Assembly: GCA_965200245.1 (NCBI GenBank)
Contig: CBDATS010000004.1
Coordinates: 160,001-224,000 of the forward strand
DNA length: 64,000 nucleotides
Source: a bacterium
GTDB lineage: Bacteria; UBA8248
Reading direction: 5' to 3'
Numbering within the stretch: position 1 is the first letter of the stretch; each line of letters begins with the position of its first letter. The notes beneath the pieces are model-generated. The model saw nothing but the letters and a program-made list of their open reading frames with translations. It ran no database searches and was not told the origin of the DNA. Shown piece by piece: positions 38,745 through 49,757 of this stretch. A program made the position numbers and the translations under genes.

Positions 38745-39370
38745 GCAAGCACCTGGGCAATACCTTCCTCCACCCGCTGAGTGACTTCCTCGACACTACC
38801 CTCACCGTCGATTTCCGCGAGCTTGCCTTTATCGCCGTAAAACGCCACCAACGGCTCGGTATGTTCCTGATACACCTTGAGGCGCCGAAGCACCGTACTC
38901 GTCATGTCGTCCTCGCGCTGGTAGAGGTCTCCACCGCAAACGGAGCAAAGCGAGGTGTCCATGTTGGGGTAGACAGCGCCGCACTTCCTGCAGGTAAGCC
39001 TTCCCGCCAGTCGAGCCACCACGGCTTCGCTTGATACGTTCAGATAAATAACCACATCCACACTGTCAGGCAAGACCCTTTCCAAAGCCTGACCCTGTTC
39101 AATCGTCCTGGGAAAACCATCCAAGATGAATCCATTCTCACAATCCGCCCGGGAGATGCGTTCCTCGATCACCGAAATGATGAGGTCGTCCGGAACCAAA
39201 CGGCCCTGGTCGATGATGTCCCTCACCTGCTGGCCAAGGGCCGTTTTCTCCTCCACCGCCTGTCGCAACATATCCCCGGTCGATATTTCCGTCACCTGCA
39301 GGGATTTCGCCAGTCCGGCACCCTGGGTGCCCTTCCCCGAACCCGGAGGACCCAAAAGAATAATTTTCAC
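38741..39370 (-). CDS. adk: Adenylate kinase (Zn-LID type)
   Basis: GPPGSGKGTQ, STGDMLR, LDGFPRT, CRKC..CSVC; start GTG 39370. Confidence 0.96.
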   Translation of the reverse strand: MKIILLGPPGSGKGTQGAGLAKSLQVTEISTGDMLRQAVEEKTALGQQVRDIIDQGRLVPDDLIISVIEERISRADCENGFILDGFPRTIEQGQALERVLPDSVDVVIYLNVSSEAVVARLAGRLTCRKCGAVYPNMDTSLCSVCGGDLYQREDDMTSTVLRRLKVYQEHTEPLVAFYGDKGKLAEIDGEGSVEEVTQRVEEGIAQVLA

Positions 39371-39371
39371 C

Positions 39372-40694
39372 CTAGCCCGCACGCCCCCGTATCCGCCCAC
39401 GGCGCAGAAATCCTTCGTAATTTCTCATCACCAGATGAGACTCGATTTGCCGCTGCGTATCCACCGCCACACCCACGACGATCAGGAGCGCCGTCCCTCC
39501 AAAGAAGAACGGCACGTTGAACCACTGGATCAGATAAGTAGGCAAAATGACAATGGCACTCAGGTAGATGGCCCCCAGGAAAGTGAGGCGGCTCAGGGTG
39601 CGATCGATAAAATCCGCCGTCGGGCGGCCTGGACGCCTACCTGGAATGAAACCGCCGTATTTCCTCAGGTTCTCCGCTACATCCATCGGATTGAAGATGA
39701 TGGCAGTATAAAAGTATGCAAAGAAAAAGATCAGTACGACCGTCAAGAGCACGTACCAGGTGCTCGGCGGTGTGAGTGCCGCGCTCAATTGCTGGAGCCA
39801 GTCCACGTTCGAGAACTGCGCGATAGTGGCAGGAAAAAGAATCATCGAACTCGCGAAGATCGGCGGAATAACACCCGATGTGTTTACCTTTAGCGGCAGG
39901 TGTGTTTCCTGGCCGCCCGCCATCCTCCGGCCCACCATCCGTTTCGCGTACTGAACACGTATTCGCCGCTGCCCCGCCTCGAACCAGACCACGAGGCCCA
40001 CGACGGCCACCATCCCCACCGCCAGCACTATCATCACGAAAGGCTGTAATTCGCCGGTCCCCAACAGGCGGAACGTGTTGATGATCGCACCGGGCAGGCC
40101 CGCGACGATACCTGCGAAGATGATAAGGGATATTCCGTTACCGATACCGCGCTCGGTAATCTGCTCGCCGAGCCACATGATGAACGAAGTACCCGCCACG
40201 AGGGTGAGGACTGTCATCAGGCGGAATCCCCAGCCCGGATCGGGAACCACGAGTGCTCCCGTGGGAGCGGCCATCTGCTCGATGCCGATGGCGATGCCGA
40301 AACCCTGCACGGTCGAGAGAAACACCGTACCATAGCGCGTGTATTGGTTGATTTTCTTGCGGCCCGAATCGCCTTCTTTTTTCAGGCGTTCGAGGTGGGG
40401 AACCGCGACAGTAAGCAACTCCAGGATGATGGAAGCGCTGATGTAGGGCATGATCCCCAGAGCGAAAATTGTCAACTGACTCAGGGCACCGCCCGTAAAG
40501 AGGTCGAAAAACTGCATGAGCGTGCCGCCTCCGCGGCTCAACTCGGCAAAAAAGGCCGCAAGCGCCACGGTATCGATTCCCGGTGTGGGGATATGCGCCC
40601 CAATTCGATAGACCGCCAGAATGCCGAGCGTAAAGAGAATCCTGTTTTTCAGCTCGGGAACCTGGAAGATGCTGGGAACACCGCCTTCCCTCAC
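39372..40694 (-). CDS. secY: Preprotein translocase subunit SecY
   Basis: FALGIMPYISASII, GIGNGISLIIF, FIPGRRPG, GGTALLI. Confidence 0.98.
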   Translation of the reverse strand: MREGGVPSIFQVPELKNRILFTLGILAVYRIGAHIPTPGIDTVALAAFFAELSRGGGTLMQFFDLFTGGALSQLTIFALGIMPYISASIILELLTVAVPHLERLKKEGDSGRKKINQYTRYGTVFLSTVQGFGIAIGIEQMAAPTGALVVPDPGWGFRLMTVLTLVAGTSFIMWLGEQITERGIGNGISLIIFAGIVAGLPGAIINTFRLLGTGELQPFVMIVLAVGMVAVVGLVVWFEAGQRRIRVQYAKRMVGRRMAGGQETHLPLKVNTSGVIPPIFASSMILFPATIAQFSNVDWLQQLSAALTPPSTWYVLLTVVLIFFFAYFYTAIIFNPMDVAENLRKYGGFIPGRRPGRPTADFIDRTLSRLTFLGAIYLSAIVILPTYLIQWFNVPFFFGGTALLIVVGVAVDTQRQIESHLVMRNYEGFLRRGRIRGRAG

Positions 40695-41203
40695 TCGCTT
40701 TTATCCTCCGGTTTAGCGGTGAGGACCACGATCTTGACGCTTCCGCCTGCGCTTTCGATCTTGCGGCGAGCCGATTCGCTGCATTTTTGCACCTTGAGAT
40801 GAACCGATCGATCGATCTCTCCCTTTCCCAGAAGCTTGACTCCATCCTTGGACACTTTGCGGATGAGGCCTGCGGACCGCAAGGCGTCGGCGTCGACGAT
40901 TGCCCCCTCAGCCAGCACACCCAGCCGTCCCACGTTCAATTCGGAGAATTCCTTTTTGAAGCGGTTGCTGAATCCGCGCTTCGGCAAACGACGCTGGAGC
41001 GGCATCTGGCCGCCCTCGAAACCTACCTTCCGGCTAAAGCCGGAACGCGATTTCTGGCCCTTGTGGCCGCGCGTCGACGTCTTCCCCCTGCCGGAACCCG
41101 TTCCGCGACCCAAGCGTCGCCGGGCCTTCACCGCCCCCTCGGGAGAGGACAAATCACCCAAGCCTGTATATGAGTTTTCCGGCTTCGTTTCGTTCTCGGA
41201 CAT
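40691..41203 (-). CDS. rplO: 50S ribosomal protein L15
   Basis: GRGTGSGRGKT, GFEGGQMPLQRRLPKRGF. Confidence 0.97.
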   Translation of the reverse strand: MSENETKPENSYTGLGDLSSPEGAVKARRRLGRGTGSGRGKTSTRGHKGQKSRSGFSRKVGFEGGQMPLQRRLPKRGFSNRFKKEFSELNVGRLGVLAEGAIVDADALRSAGLIRKVSKDGVKLLGKGEIDRSVHLKVQKCSESARRKIESAGGSVKIVVLTAKPEDKSE

Positions 41204-41216
41204 CTGAATACAAGGG

Positions 41217-41414
41217 CTAGGCCCCCTCCTCCACTTCTACGAGATGCTTGATCTTGAACACCATGCCACGGATGCTGGCGTTATCCGTCTTCACGACTGT
41301 CTGGTTAATCCGCCTGAGACCCAGCCCATGTAAAACGGCGCGCTGCTTCTTGTTTGAGCCAGACGTGCTCTTTCTCAAGGTGATTCTAATTTTTTCCTGC
41401 TTATCCGGCGCCAT
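41217..41414 (-). CDS. rpmD: 50S ribosomal protein L30
   Basis: ITLRKS..GLGLRRINQTV..IRGMV..IKHLV. Confidence 0.95.
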   Translation of the reverse strand: MAPDKQEKIRITLRKSTSGSNKKQRAVLHGLGLRRINQTVVKTDNASIRGMVFKIKHLVEVEEGA

Positions 41415-41422
41415 TTTTTCCT

Positions 41423-42100
41423 CTACTCTTTTTTCGCGTCGGCTTCTTCGGTCGCGCTTCCTTCGTCAGCACCACCAGCCTCTTCGGTAGCGGGGTCGCC
41501 ATCTGCGACATTTTCCGCAGTGGTCTCCGCATCCACCGCCGAGACTTCGGCATCTTCCGCCTGTGCACCTTCGGCTGCGCCATCGGTCAATTGAATCCCC
41601 CGGAGCGCGAAGACTTCCTGTTTATTGCGCAACGAGCACAAGCCCTGCAACGTCGCCTTGGCCGCGTTGTGCGGGTTGTTCGTGCCGATGCACTTCGTCA
41701 ATATGTCACGTACCCCGGAAACATCCAGAACCGCGCGCACGGGACCGCCTGCGATGACGCCCGTCCCCCGCGCCGCCGGTTTGAGCAACACGCGGCCCGC
41801 GCCGTATCTACCCATCGTCTGGTGGGGAATGGTCTCATGGTCGAGAGCCACCTTCACCATCGATTTGCGTGCCTTCTCCACACCCTTGCGGATGGCTTCG
41901 GGAACTTCGTTCGCCTTGCCCATCCCAAGACCGACCTGTCCCTTTCTGTCGCCGACGGTCACCAGGGCACTGAAGCTGAAGCGTCTGCCGCCCTTCACCA
42001 CCTTGGCCACACGGTTCACGTAGATGACCCGGTCGATGAATTCACGCTCTTCGGGATTCTCAGGCTCTCTGTCCCGGCCTCTTCTTTCCTCTCGCGCCAT
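41423..42100 (-). CDS. rpsE: 30S ribosomal protein S5
   Basis: [27 protein letters not shown]. Confidence 0.97.
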   Translation of the reverse strand: MAREERRGRDREPENPEEREFIDRVIYVNRVAKVVKGGRRFSFSALVTVGDRKGQVGLGMGKANEVPEAIRKGVEKARKSMVKVALDHETIPHQTMGRYGAGRVLLKPAARGTGVIAGGPVRAVLDVSGVRDILTKCIGTNNPHNAAKATLQGLCSLRNKQEVFALRGIQLTDGAAEGAQAEDAEVSAVDAETTAENVADGDPATEEAGGADEGSATEEADAKKE

Positions 42101-42480
42101 CAGAAACTTACCCCCGTGTCCCTCACGCTGTCAGCCAGCGCCTTCACGCGGCCGTGATAAAGATAGCCGTTGCGATCAAAAACCACTTTTTCCACACCCT
42201 TGGCCTTCGCGCGATCAGCCAGCAGTTTACCGACGATCACGGCACCCGCCACATTGCTCCCGCCAGCGTTCTCGGAACTCTGTGCCTCGGAAGCGAAATC
42301 CTTCTCGCGCGAGGAGGCCGATGCCAACGTCTGGCCCGAAACGTCATCTATCACCTGAGCGTAGATGTGCGCGCCACTCCTGAAAACCGTCAAGCGAGGA
42401 CGCTCGTTAGCCCCTCGACTCTTCTTGCGAATTCTCACCTTTCGCTTGAGCCTCGCCTCAAGTTTGCTTGATCGACCCAC
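42100..42480 (-). CDS. rplR: 50S ribosomal protein L18
   Basis: [31 protein letters not shown]. Confidence 0.97.
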   Translation of the reverse strand: MGRSSKLEARLKRKVRIRKKSRGANERPRLTVFRSGAHIYAQVIDDVSGQTLASASSREKDFASEAQSSENAGGSNVAGAVIVGKLLADRAKAKGVEKVVFDRNGYLYHGRVKALADSVRDTGVSF

Positions 42481-42497
42481 TTCATGAACCTCCCGCG

Positions 42498-43043
42498 CTA
42501 CACACCGGCTTTGCCGACCTTGCGACGAACCGTCTCGCCCGCATAGCGGATACCCTTACCCTTGTACGGCTCTGGGGGCTTCACCTTCCGGATTTCGGCA
42601 GCCACCCAGCCTACCATCTGCTTGTCGATGCCCTTCACCTTGATCGCCGTGCGGTTGCGGTCGCTCTGCACCTCGAAGGTGATTCCCTCAATCGGTTCAA
42701 TGCTCACCGGATGGGAATATCCTACGTTCAGGACAACTCCCTCGCCCTTCGCCTCCACACGGTAACCCAAGCCTATGATCTCAAGTTCCTTCTCGAATCC
42801 CTTGGTCACGCCTTCGACCATGTTTGCGATTAGCGAGCGCGTGAGACCGTGCAGGGATTTATCCTGACGCGATTCGCTGACGCGCGTGACGACGATGTTT
42901 CCGTCGTCGATCTCCACCTTCGGCCTGTGGTGAAGCTCGAGTTCGAGTTCCCCTAAAGGTCCCTTGACGGAGATGTGACGTCCATCAAGCTTCACTTCCA
43001 CGCCCGAGGGTATGGAAATCGGCATTTTTCCGATGCGTGACAT
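42498..43043 (-). CDS. rplF: 50S ribosomal protein L6
   Basis: [18 protein letters not shown]. Confidence 0.97.
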   Translation of the reverse strand: MSRIGKMPISIPSGVEVKLDGRHISVKGPLGELELELHHRPKVEIDDGNIVVTRVSESRQDKSLHGLTRSLIANMVEGVTKGFEKELEIIGLGYRVEAKGEGVVLNVGYSHPVSIEPIEGITFEVQSDRNRTAIKVKGIDKQMVGWVAAEIRKVKPPEPYKGKGIRYAGETVRRKVGKAGV

Positions 43044-43053
43044 TCAAACCACC

Positions 43054-43455
43054 TCACCAAATCTCACAAAGAACTTCACCACCCACGCCCAGATTTCTCG
43101 CTTCCTCGTCCGTCACCACGCCACTCGAGGTCGTAAGAATAGCGATTCCCATGCCGTTGAGCACCTTGGGAACCGACTCTTTGTCCACGTACACGCGACG
43201 GCCGGGCTTGCTGACACGCTTCAAACCGCTCAATACCAACTTTCCGTCCTGGGGCGGCTTGAGCGTCACCATAATTCGGGTCTGCCCCTTGGGGCCCGGC
43301 TCAATATCGTATCCCTTGATGTAGCCCTGGGACTTGAGAATGCCGACGACGCTCTCCTTGAGTTTGCTGCCGGGGATTTCTGTACTGTCATGACCCGCGT
43401 TCACCGCATTGCGAATGCGCGTGAGAAGATCGGCAATAGGATCCGTCATACTCAT
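43054..43455 (-). CDS. rpsH: 30S ribosomal protein S8
   Basis: MSMTDPIADLLTRIRNA, SKPGRRVY, GGEVLC; start trimmed to ATG 43455. Confidence 0.97.
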   Translation of the reverse strand: MSMTDPIADLLTRIRNAVNAGHDSTEIPGSKLKESVVGILKSQGYIKGYDIEPGPKGQTRIMVTLKPPQDGKLVLSGLKRVSKPGRRVYVDKESVPKVLNGMGIAILTTSSGVVTDEEARNLGVGGEVLCEIW

Positions 43456-43471
43456 ATTCTTCGCTCTCCGC

Positions 43472-43657
43472 CTACCAACTCGACTTCGTGACTCCCGGAA
43501 TCTCGCCCCGAAGCGACAATTCCCGGAAGCAGATCCGGCAAATCTTGAAACGCCGCAAATAGCCCCGCGGGCGCCCGCAACGCTGGCAGCGATTGTACGC
43601 ACGTACGCCGAACTTGGGCGTTTTCTTCTGTTTCGCAATCAAGCATTTTTTCGCCAC
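43472..43657 (-). CDS. rpsN: 30S ribosomal protein S14 type Z
   Basis: 61 aa, [25 protein letters not shown]. Confidence 0.97.
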   Translation of the reverse strand: MAKKCLIAKQKKTPKFGVRAYNRCQRCGRPRGYLRRFKICRICFRELSLRGEIPGVTKSSW

Positions 43658-43668
43658 TGTATTTCCTC

Positions 43669-44220
43669 TTAATTCACCCGGAAGGGAACACCCAATTCGC
43701 GAAGCAGCGCCCTTCCTTCCTCATCCGTGTTCGCCGAGGTGTTCAAGACAATCCCGATACCTCGGGATTTCTCCACCTTGTCGATGTCGATTTCGGGAAA
43801 AATAATCTGCTCGCGAATCCCCAGACTGTAGTTTCCTCGACCGTCAAAGGACTTGGAGCTCAAACCCCTGAAATCGCGCACGCGGGGAAGCACCACGTTT
43901 ACGAGGCGATCCATGAAATCCCACATCCGGGCACCACGAAGTGTCACCATCGCTCCGATGGGCATTCCCTCGCGTAGTTTGAAGTTCGCGATGGATTTCC
44001 TCGCGCGCGTGATAACGGGCTTCTGGCCCGCTATGCTCGTCAACTCGGCGACGCCGTTCTCAAGAGTCGCCGCATTCTGGACAGCCTCTCCAAGTCCCAT
44101 ATTCAGTGTTACTTTCACAAGCCGCGGAACCCGCATGACGTTGGCGTATTCAAACTCCTTGCGGAGTTTGTCCATGATTTCGTCACGGTAAAGCTGCAAC
44201 ATTCTGGGAACGTACGCCAT
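43669..44220 (-). CDS. rplE: 50S ribosomal protein L5
   Basis: [24 protein letters not shown]. Confidence 0.97.
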   Translation of the reverse strand: MAYVPRMLQLYRDEIMDKLRKEFEYANVMRVPRLVKVTLNMGLGEAVQNAATLENGVAELTSIAGQKPVITRARKSIANFKLREGMPIGAMVTLRGARMWDFMDRLVNVVLPRVRDFRGLSSKSFDGRGNYSLGIREQIIFPEIDIDKVEKSRGIGIVLNTSANTDEEGRALLRELGVPFRVN

Positions 44221-44244
44221 TTCGACTGAAATCCTTCTCTTTTT

Positions 44245-44595
44245 CTATACCGTATCGAGCAATTCACCGCTGTGATGCGTCACACGTACGTGTGCGCCAT
44301 CCTCAAGCCGTCTTCTGCGAATCCGGGCAGGCTGATTCGTCTTCGGGTCCACGGGCATCACATTGGAAATGTGAATTTTCCCCTCCCGCTCCAGGATGCC
44401 GCCTTGCTGGTTCCCCTGACTCGGTTTCGTGTGCCGTTTCACTATATTCACCTTCTCGACAATCACACGGTTTTCATTTTTCAGCACCTGAAGCACCTTG
44501 CCGGTCTTTCCCTTCTCGCGACCCGTGATTACCTGAACGATATCGCCCTTTTTCACATGCGTTTTTCTCGGATTCGAACCCATCTCGTTTCTCAC
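44245..44595 (-). CDS. rplX: 50S ribosomal protein L24
   Basis: [24 protein letters not shown] (start may be ATG 44583). Confidence 0.96.
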   Translation of the reverse strand: MRNEMGSNPRKTHVKKGDIVQVITGREKGKTGKVLQVLKNENRVIVEKVNIVKRHTKPSQGNQQGGILEREGKIHISNVMPVDPKTNQPARIRRRRLEDGAHVRVTHHSGELLDTV

Positions 44596-44960
44596 AGAAC
44601 CTCAGGAGCGAGGGAAACGACGCGCATGAAACGCTTACGCCTCAACTCGCGGGCCACGGGTCCGAAAATGCGCGTCCCCATCGGTTCGCGCGCCTCATTG
44701 ATGATGACGACCGCGTTGTCGTCGAAGCGAATATAAGTGCCGTCCTCACGCCCGGTCTCCTTCACGGTGCGAACGACAACGGCACGTCGGACTTCCCCTT
44801 TCTTTACCGGGCTGTTCGGTATGGCTTCCTTAATCGCCACGACGATTATGTCGCCGATTCGCGCGTATCGCCGGCGCGACCCGCCCAACACTTTGATGCA
44901 CTGGGCGCGCTTCGCCCCCGAGTTGTCCGCTACACCACACATCGTTTCAACCTGAATCAT
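44592..44960 (-). CDS. rplN: 50S ribosomal protein L14
   Basis: [27 protein letters not shown]. Confidence 0.98.
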   Translation of the reverse strand: MIQVETMCGVADNSGAKRAQCIKVLGGSRRRYARIGDIIVVAIKEAIPNSPVKKGEVRRAVVVRTVKETGREDGTYIRFDDNAVVIINEAREPMGTRIFGPVARELRRKRFMRVVSLAPEVL

Positions 44961-44979
44961 TTTCCCTGTTTCCTACCTG

Positions 44980-45240
44980 CTATTTGCTGCGTTCAATCAC
45001 GTCCAGGAGACGCCAGCGCTTCCTCCGGCTGAGCGGCCTCGTTTCGATAATCCGCACCCTGTCTCCCGTATTCAGGGAGTTCTCCTCGTCATGAACCAGA
45101 TATTTCTTTCGCCTGCGCACGACGCGCTTGAAGGTCGTATGCTTGAAAAGACGCACCACCTCGACGGTGACAGTCTTGTCCATCACGTCGCTCACGACCC
45201 TGCCTTCGCGAACCTTCCGCCTGCCCCGAACCCGAGTCAT
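44980..45240 (-). CDS. rpsQ: 30S ribosomal protein S17
   Basis: GRVVSDVMDKT, HDEEN, ETRPLS. Confidence 0.96.
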   Translation of the reverse strand: MTRVRGRRKVREGRVVSDVMDKTVTVEVVRLFKHTTFKRVVRRRKKYLVHDEENSLNTGDRVRIIETRPLSRRKRWRLLDVIERSK

Positions 45241-45459
45241 CTAAGATTCCTCTCCCCAGGCGCCTGCCTGCTCGCTTTCCCGTTCTCGCTTGGAAGTCAA
45301 CACACGCGCCAAATCGCGCTTGAGTAGGCGGATGCGTGCTGTGTTGTCCAGTTGGCCCGTCGCCTTGCGAAAGTGAAGGTTGAACAACTCCTGACGCAAT
45401 TCCTTCTCCTTAAACCCGAGTTCGTCGTCACTCAATTCGAGAACTTCGCTGTATTTCAC
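45241..45459 (-). CDS. rpmC: 50S ribosomal protein L29
   Basis: ELFNLHF..TGQL..KRDLARVLT. Confidence 0.95.
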   Translation of the reverse strand: MKYSEVLELSDDELGFKEKELRQELFNLHFRKATGQLDNTARIRLLKRDLARVLTSKRERESEQAGAWGEES

Positions 45460-45472
45460 CTAGTCACCCCCC

Positions 45473-45880
45473 TCATGAAGAGGTCACGATCCTGGTTTTG
45501 CACGGTAACTTTTGGGCAGCCAGACGGAGCGCCTCACGCGCGATGCCGTCGGCGACGCCGTCCATCTCGTAGAGGATTCTTCCGGCGCGCACAGGAGCCA
45601 CCCAATACTCGGGCGAGCCCTTGCCTTTGCCCATGCGAACCTCGGCCGGCTTCTTGCACATGGGTTTGTCCGGAAAAAGACGAATCCATATCCGTCCACC
45701 GCGTTTGATATAGCGCGTCATGGCGATACGGGCCGCTTCAATCTGGCGCGCCGTGATGTGCGCCGTTTCCAGGGTCTGAAGCCCGTAGGAGCCGAACGAG
45801 AGCGTCGAGCCGCGTTGGGCCTTTCCATCCAGACGCCCCTTTTGCATCTTCCTGAACTTCGTCCTTTTCGGTTGCAGCAT
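45473..45880 (-). CDS. rplP: 50S ribosomal protein L16
   Basis: [18 protein letters not shown]. Confidence 0.97.
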   Translation of the reverse strand: MLQPKRTKFRKMQKGRLDGKAQRGSTLSFGSYGLQTLETAHITARQIEAARIAMTRYIKRGGRIWIRLFPDKPMCKKPAEVRMGKGKGSPEYWVAPVRAGRILYEMDGVADGIAREALRLAAQKLPCKTRIVTSS

Positions 45881-45900
45881 GTCTTACCTCTAAGCGCCCG

Positions 45901-46563
45901 TTACGATCCCAACGTCTGGGAGGGAATTCTTCTCGCCTGACGGATCATCTCGCCCCGGAATATCCAGACCTTTACGCCAATGATCCCGTACGTCGTCTTG
46001 CCTTCGGCGAAACCGTAGTCGATGTCCGCGCGTAAGGTCTGGAGTGGCACGCGACCCTCCCGGTACCATTCCGTTCGCGCGATCTCCGCACCCCCAAGCC
46101 TGCCGGAGCACTGAATCTTCACACCCTTGGCACCAAAGCGAAGGGCCGAGGTCACGGCTTTCTTCATGGCACGGCGAAAAGCGATCCGGCGTTCTAGTTG
46201 CATGGCAATGTTCTCCGCCACAAGTTGGGCGTCCATCTCCGCCTTGCGCACTTCCTTGATGTTCACGTTTACCTGACCGCCGGTGAACTCCTGCAGATCC
46301 GCCTTGAGCCTGTCCACCTCTGCACCGCGTTTGCCGATGATAATGCCCGGCCGCGCGGTCCAGATGTTGATGCGCGCGCGCTCGCTGGCGCGCTCAATCT
46401 CTACATTGCTTACGCCCGCGTGGGAGAGGCGTTCCTTCACGAAATTACGGATACGCAGATCGTCCAGGAGTCGGTCGCCGAAATTATGTTTGGCGAACCA
46501 TTGCGAATTCCAGGCCTTGGTAATGCCTACCCGAAAACCGATGGGGTGAACCTTTTGACCCAT
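45901..46563 (-). CDS. rpsC: 30S ribosomal protein S3
   Basis: [35 protein letters not shown]. Confidence 0.98.
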   Translation of the reverse strand: MGQKVHPIGFRVGITKAWNSQWFAKHNFGDRLLDDLRIRNFVKERLSHAGVSNVEIERASERARINIWTARPGIIIGKRGAEVDRLKADLQEFTGGQVNVNIKEVRKAEMDAQLVAENIAMQLERRIAFRRAMKKAVTSALRFGAKGVKIQCSGRLGGAEIARTEWYREGRVPLQTLRADIDYGFAEGKTTYGIIGVKVWIFRGEMIRQARRIPSQTLGS

Positions 46564-46572
46564 TTGTATCCC

Positions 46573-46908
46573 CTAATTCGCTTCGCCGATATCCACTCGA
46601 ATGTGGCAGCTTCTGTGCGTTACGCGACCGACACGCCCGCGCGCGCGCGCGCGGAACCGCTTTTGCACCGGGCCCCCATCTACCCGAACGCTCTTCACGA
46701 TGAGGCCTTCGGGATCGTCGTGCTCGCCCTTGTCGGTGGCGTTCGCAAGTGCGGAAAGAAGTACCTTCTCCATCACCCTGGCCGATGAGCGCGTGGACAG
46801 ACGCAAAAGGGTGAGAGCATCCGCCACCCGCTTGCCACGGAGCATGTCCGCTAACTGACGCGTCTTGCGCGGCTTGGCTCGGTAATATTTCAAAATCGCC
46901 TTGGACAT
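46573..46908 (-). CDS. rplV: 50S ribosomal protein L22
   Basis: PRKTRQLADMLRG, KRFRARARGR, SCHI. Confidence 0.96.
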   Translation of the reverse strand: MSKAILKYYRAKPRKTRQLADMLRGKRVADALTLLRLSTRSSARVMEKVLLSALANATDKGEHDDPEGLIVKSVRVDGGPVQKRFRARARGRVGRVTHRSCHIRVDIGEAN

Positions 46909-46945
46909 GTCGCTCCCTACCTTGCTTGGGCTTATCCACCCAAAC

Positions 46946-47230
46946 CTATTTCAATGTGACCTGTCGCTTCGTCATTCCCGAGTGCGAGCGGAACGTACGG
47001 CTGGGAGAAAAGTCTCCAAGCTTGAAGCCCACCATGTTCTCCGTCACGTTCACCGGCACGAACTTCTTTCCGTTATGTACGGCGAAAGTGTGGCCGACGA
47101 AATCGGGAATGATGGTGGAGCGTCTCGACCAGGTTCTGATCATCCGCTTCTCGCCGCTCTCATCCATCGCCTCCACTTTCCTCCGAAGATGATCGTCTAC
47201 GAATGGACCCTTGTGAAGAGAACGTGGCAT
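46946..47230 (-). CDS. rpsS: 30S ribosomal protein S19
   Basis: [22 protein letters not shown]. Confidence 0.97.
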   Translation of the reverse strand: MPRSLHKGPFVDDHLRRKVEAMDESGEKRMIRTWSRRSTIIPDFVGHTFAVHNGKKFVPVNVTENMVGFKLGDFSPSRTFRSHSGMTKRQVTLK

Positions 47231-47256
47231 CGCTATCCAATCTCCCTCGATTCCGG

Positions 47257-48087
47257 CTACCTGGACTTTCTTCGCCGCACGATGAATTTAGAAGAAGGTT
47301 TCCCCTTCTTCCGCGTCTTGTATCCTTTCGTCGGCTTGCCCCACGGAGTCACCGGGTGCCTGCCGCCCGAACTCTTGCCCTCTCCGCCGCCCAGGGGATG
47401 ATCCACCGGGTTCATAGCCACACCCCGTACGTTAGGACGGCGACCCAGCCATCGCTTGCGCCCTGCCTTACCAAGGCTCACGTTGCTGTGGTCAGAATTG
47501 CCCACCACGCCTATCGTCGCGTAGCAGGAGAGGTGAATCATGCGGACCTCGCCGGAGGAGAGCCGAAACTGCGCGTAACTTCCCTCCTTCGCCATGAGTT
47601 GGGCCCGCACACCCGCGCTGCGGGCAATTTGTCCGCCGCGTCCGGGCTTCATCTCGATGTTGTGGCACGTGGTCCCCAGCGGAATCCGCTCCACGGGCAA
47701 CGCATTGCCGACGCGAATTTCCGCGTCAGGTCCTGAACTTACGGTCGCGCCCACTTCCAAGCCGTCAGGCGCGAGAATATAGCGCTTCTCCCCATCGAGA
47801 TAGACGATGAGCGCCAGGCGCGCGGATCTGTTGGGGTCATATTCGATAGAGCGCACCTTACCGGGCACACCGGTTTTCTCGCGCCGAAAATCCACTATCC
47901 GGTAGCGACGTTTGTGGCCCCCGCCCCGCTGGTAGGTGGTGATTCGACCCCGATTATTTCTGCCGCCGGATTTCGACATCCCCTTGGTCAGGGACTTCTC
48001 GGGTCGATCGGTAGTGAGTTCGTCGCGTAAGAGAACATCCTGGAATCTTCGCCCAGGAGAAGTCGGCTTGTATTTTTTCACCGGCAT
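47257..48087 (-). CDS. rplB: 50S ribosomal protein L2
   Basis: [25 protein letters not shown]. Confidence 0.98.
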   Translation of the reverse strand: MPVKKYKPTSPGRRFQDVLLRDELTTDRPEKSLTKGMSKSGGRNNRGRITTYQRGGGHKRRYRIVDFRREKTGVPGKVRSIEYDPNRSARLALIVYLDGEKRYILAPDGLEVGATVSSGPDAEIRVGNALPVERIPLGTTCHNIEMKPGRGGQIARSAGVRAQLMAKEGSYAQFRLSSGEVRMIHLSCYATIGVVGNSDHSNVSLGKAGRKRWLGRRPNVRGVAMNPVDHPLGGGEGKSSGGRHPVTPWGKPTKGYKTRKKGKPSSKFIVRRRKSR

Positions 48088-48104
48088 AACATGCGCCTCA
48101 AAAA

Positions 48105-48392
48105 CTAAGCTGATTCAAAAAACTCGATAGTGTCGCCTTCGCGCAGCGTCACAATCGCTTTTTTCCATGCGGGCTTTTGGCCCAGATAACGGCCCATGCG
48201 AACCTTCTTTCCTTGCACTCGCATCGTGTTCACACGCAGCACCGTGACGCCGAACAACTCCTGTACCGCTTTTTTGATCTGTATCTTGTTCGCTCCGACG
48301 GCGACTTCGAAAACAACCTTGTTCGCCATTTCCGTGCCTGCGATGCTCTTTTCCGTCACGCAGGGTCTGCGAATGATGGATGTGCTTTCCAT
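48105..48392 (-). CDS. rplW: 50S ribosomal protein L23
   Basis: [22 protein letters not shown]. Confidence 0.96.
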   Translation of the reverse strand: MESTSIIRRPCVTEKSIAGTEMANKVVFEVAVGANKIQIKKAVQELFGVTVLRVNTMRVQGKKVRMGRYLGQKPAWKKAIVTLREGDTIEFFESA

Positions 48393-48395
48393 AAC

Positions 48396-49022
48396 CTAGC
48401 CCGCCAACCTTTTCAAGATGCCGTCGATCGCGCCCTTGGTGCAAACAAGATGTTCATGGCCCATGATGTCGTATACATTCAGACCCTCAGGGCGCATCGG
48501 CCTCGCGCCATGGATGTTTCTCGTGGCCAATTCGAAATTCCGCTCGCCACCATCGTCCACGATGAGTGCCTTGCGTCCCAGATTGAGGTTCTTGATAACC
48601 TCCTTCATGAGACGCGTCTTGGGCTCCGGCAGACTGAGGTCGCGCACAATGAGCAGCTTTCCCTCTTTCCATTTGAGATTGAGGACGCTCCTGAGCGCGC
48701 CGCTCTTCATCTTCTTATTCATCTTCTGGCTGTAATCGCGGGGCTTGGGTCCGAAGGTGGTGCCCCCGTGTCGCCATATCGGTGATTTCACGTCGCCCGC
48801 GCGTGCACGTCCACCGCCCTTTTGGCGGAAGGGCTTGGATCCCCTGCCATGCACTTCCTTGCGCGTCAACGTGGAATGCGTACCTGCACGACGCGATGCG
48901 AGTTGCGCCTTTACCATCTGATGGATCAGATGCATCTTGACCTGCCCGTCAAATACGGACTCGGGCAAATCCATCTGTTCCACCACCGCACCTTCGAGGT
49001 CATACACATCGATTTGGGGCAT
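48396..49022 (-). CDS. rplD: 50S ribosomal protein L4
   Basis: RAGTHST, KPFRQKGGGRAR, FGPKPRDY. Confidence 0.97.
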   Translation of the reverse strand: MPQIDVYDLEGAVVEQMDLPESVFDGQVKMHLIHQMVKAQLASRRAGTHSTLTRKEVHGRGSKPFRQKGGGRARAGDVKSPIWRHGGTTFGPKPRDYSQKMNKKMKSGALRSVLNLKWKEGKLLIVRDLSLPEPKTRLMKEVIKNLNLGRKALIVDDGGERNFELATRNIHGARPMRPEGLNVYDIMGHEHLVCTKGAIDGILKRLAG

Positions 49023-49030
49023 GTCGATCC

Positions 49031-49744
49031 TCAATTGCCTCGCGCGGCCCGCTTGGAGGCCTTCAAGGGATTCAGGCTTCTTGCTTGCTCTTTGGGTTTC
49101 TCCAGCCCGCCCCTGTTACCTTTGAGGCTCCTGCGTAAAACCACAAATCCATTGCTCGCACCGGGCACGGCACCCCTGAGCAGAAGCAAATTCTGCTCGG
49201 GGATGATATCCACTACCAGAAGTCCCTGGGTGGTGACCTTCTCGTTCCCCATTTGACCCGGCATTTTCTTGCCCTTGATGATCTTCGAGGGATAGGCAGA
49301 GGCTCCCATCGCCCCCGGCAGGCGATCGAACATGCCGCCGTGAGATGCCGGACCGCCGCCGAATCCATGGCGCTTCATCACGCCGGCAAAGCCGCGGCCT
49401 TTGCTCGTACCCGTTACGTCGAGCCTGTCGCCGCGATCGAATATCGTCACATCGACAAGGCTACCTGCCTCAAGTTCCGCGTCCTCATCATCAAGCGGAA
49501 CTTCCCTCAGGTAGCGAAACGGCTGTGTTTTCGCTTTTTGAAAATGGCCCAAGGCTGCTTTCGAGAGGCCCTTCTCCTTTCGAGGCATGTACCCGAGCTG
49601 AACAGCCGCATAACCGTCGTTTTCCTCGGTCTTTCTCTGCACGACAGTACAAGGACCCGCCTCGACCACCGTTACCGATATGGCTCCGCCATCCGGTGAG
49701 AACACCTGGGTCATCCCGATTTTTCGGCCAAGTAAAAATTGCAT
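49031..49744 (-). CDS. rplC: 50S ribosomal protein L3
   Basis: GRKIGMTQ, SKGRGFAGVMKRHGF, PGQMG. Confidence 0.97.
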   Translation of the reverse strand: MQFLLGRKIGMTQVFSPDGGAISVTVVEAGPCTVVQRKTEENDGYAAVQLGYMPRKEKGLSKAALGHFQKAKTQPFRYLREVPLDDEDAELEAGSLVDVTIFDRGDRLDVTGTSKGRGFAGVMKRHGFGGGPASHGGMFDRLPGAMGASAYPSKIIKGKKMPGQMGNEKVTTQGLLVVDIIPEQNLLLLRGAVPGASNGFVVLRRSLKGNRGGLEKPKEQARSLNPLKASKRAARGN

Positions 49745-49757
49745 TACATCATCCCGT

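Noticed and set aside
46638-46653. (CG)n dinucleotide run
   Set aside because: Encodes the conserved RARARGR segment of L22; not a contingency repeat
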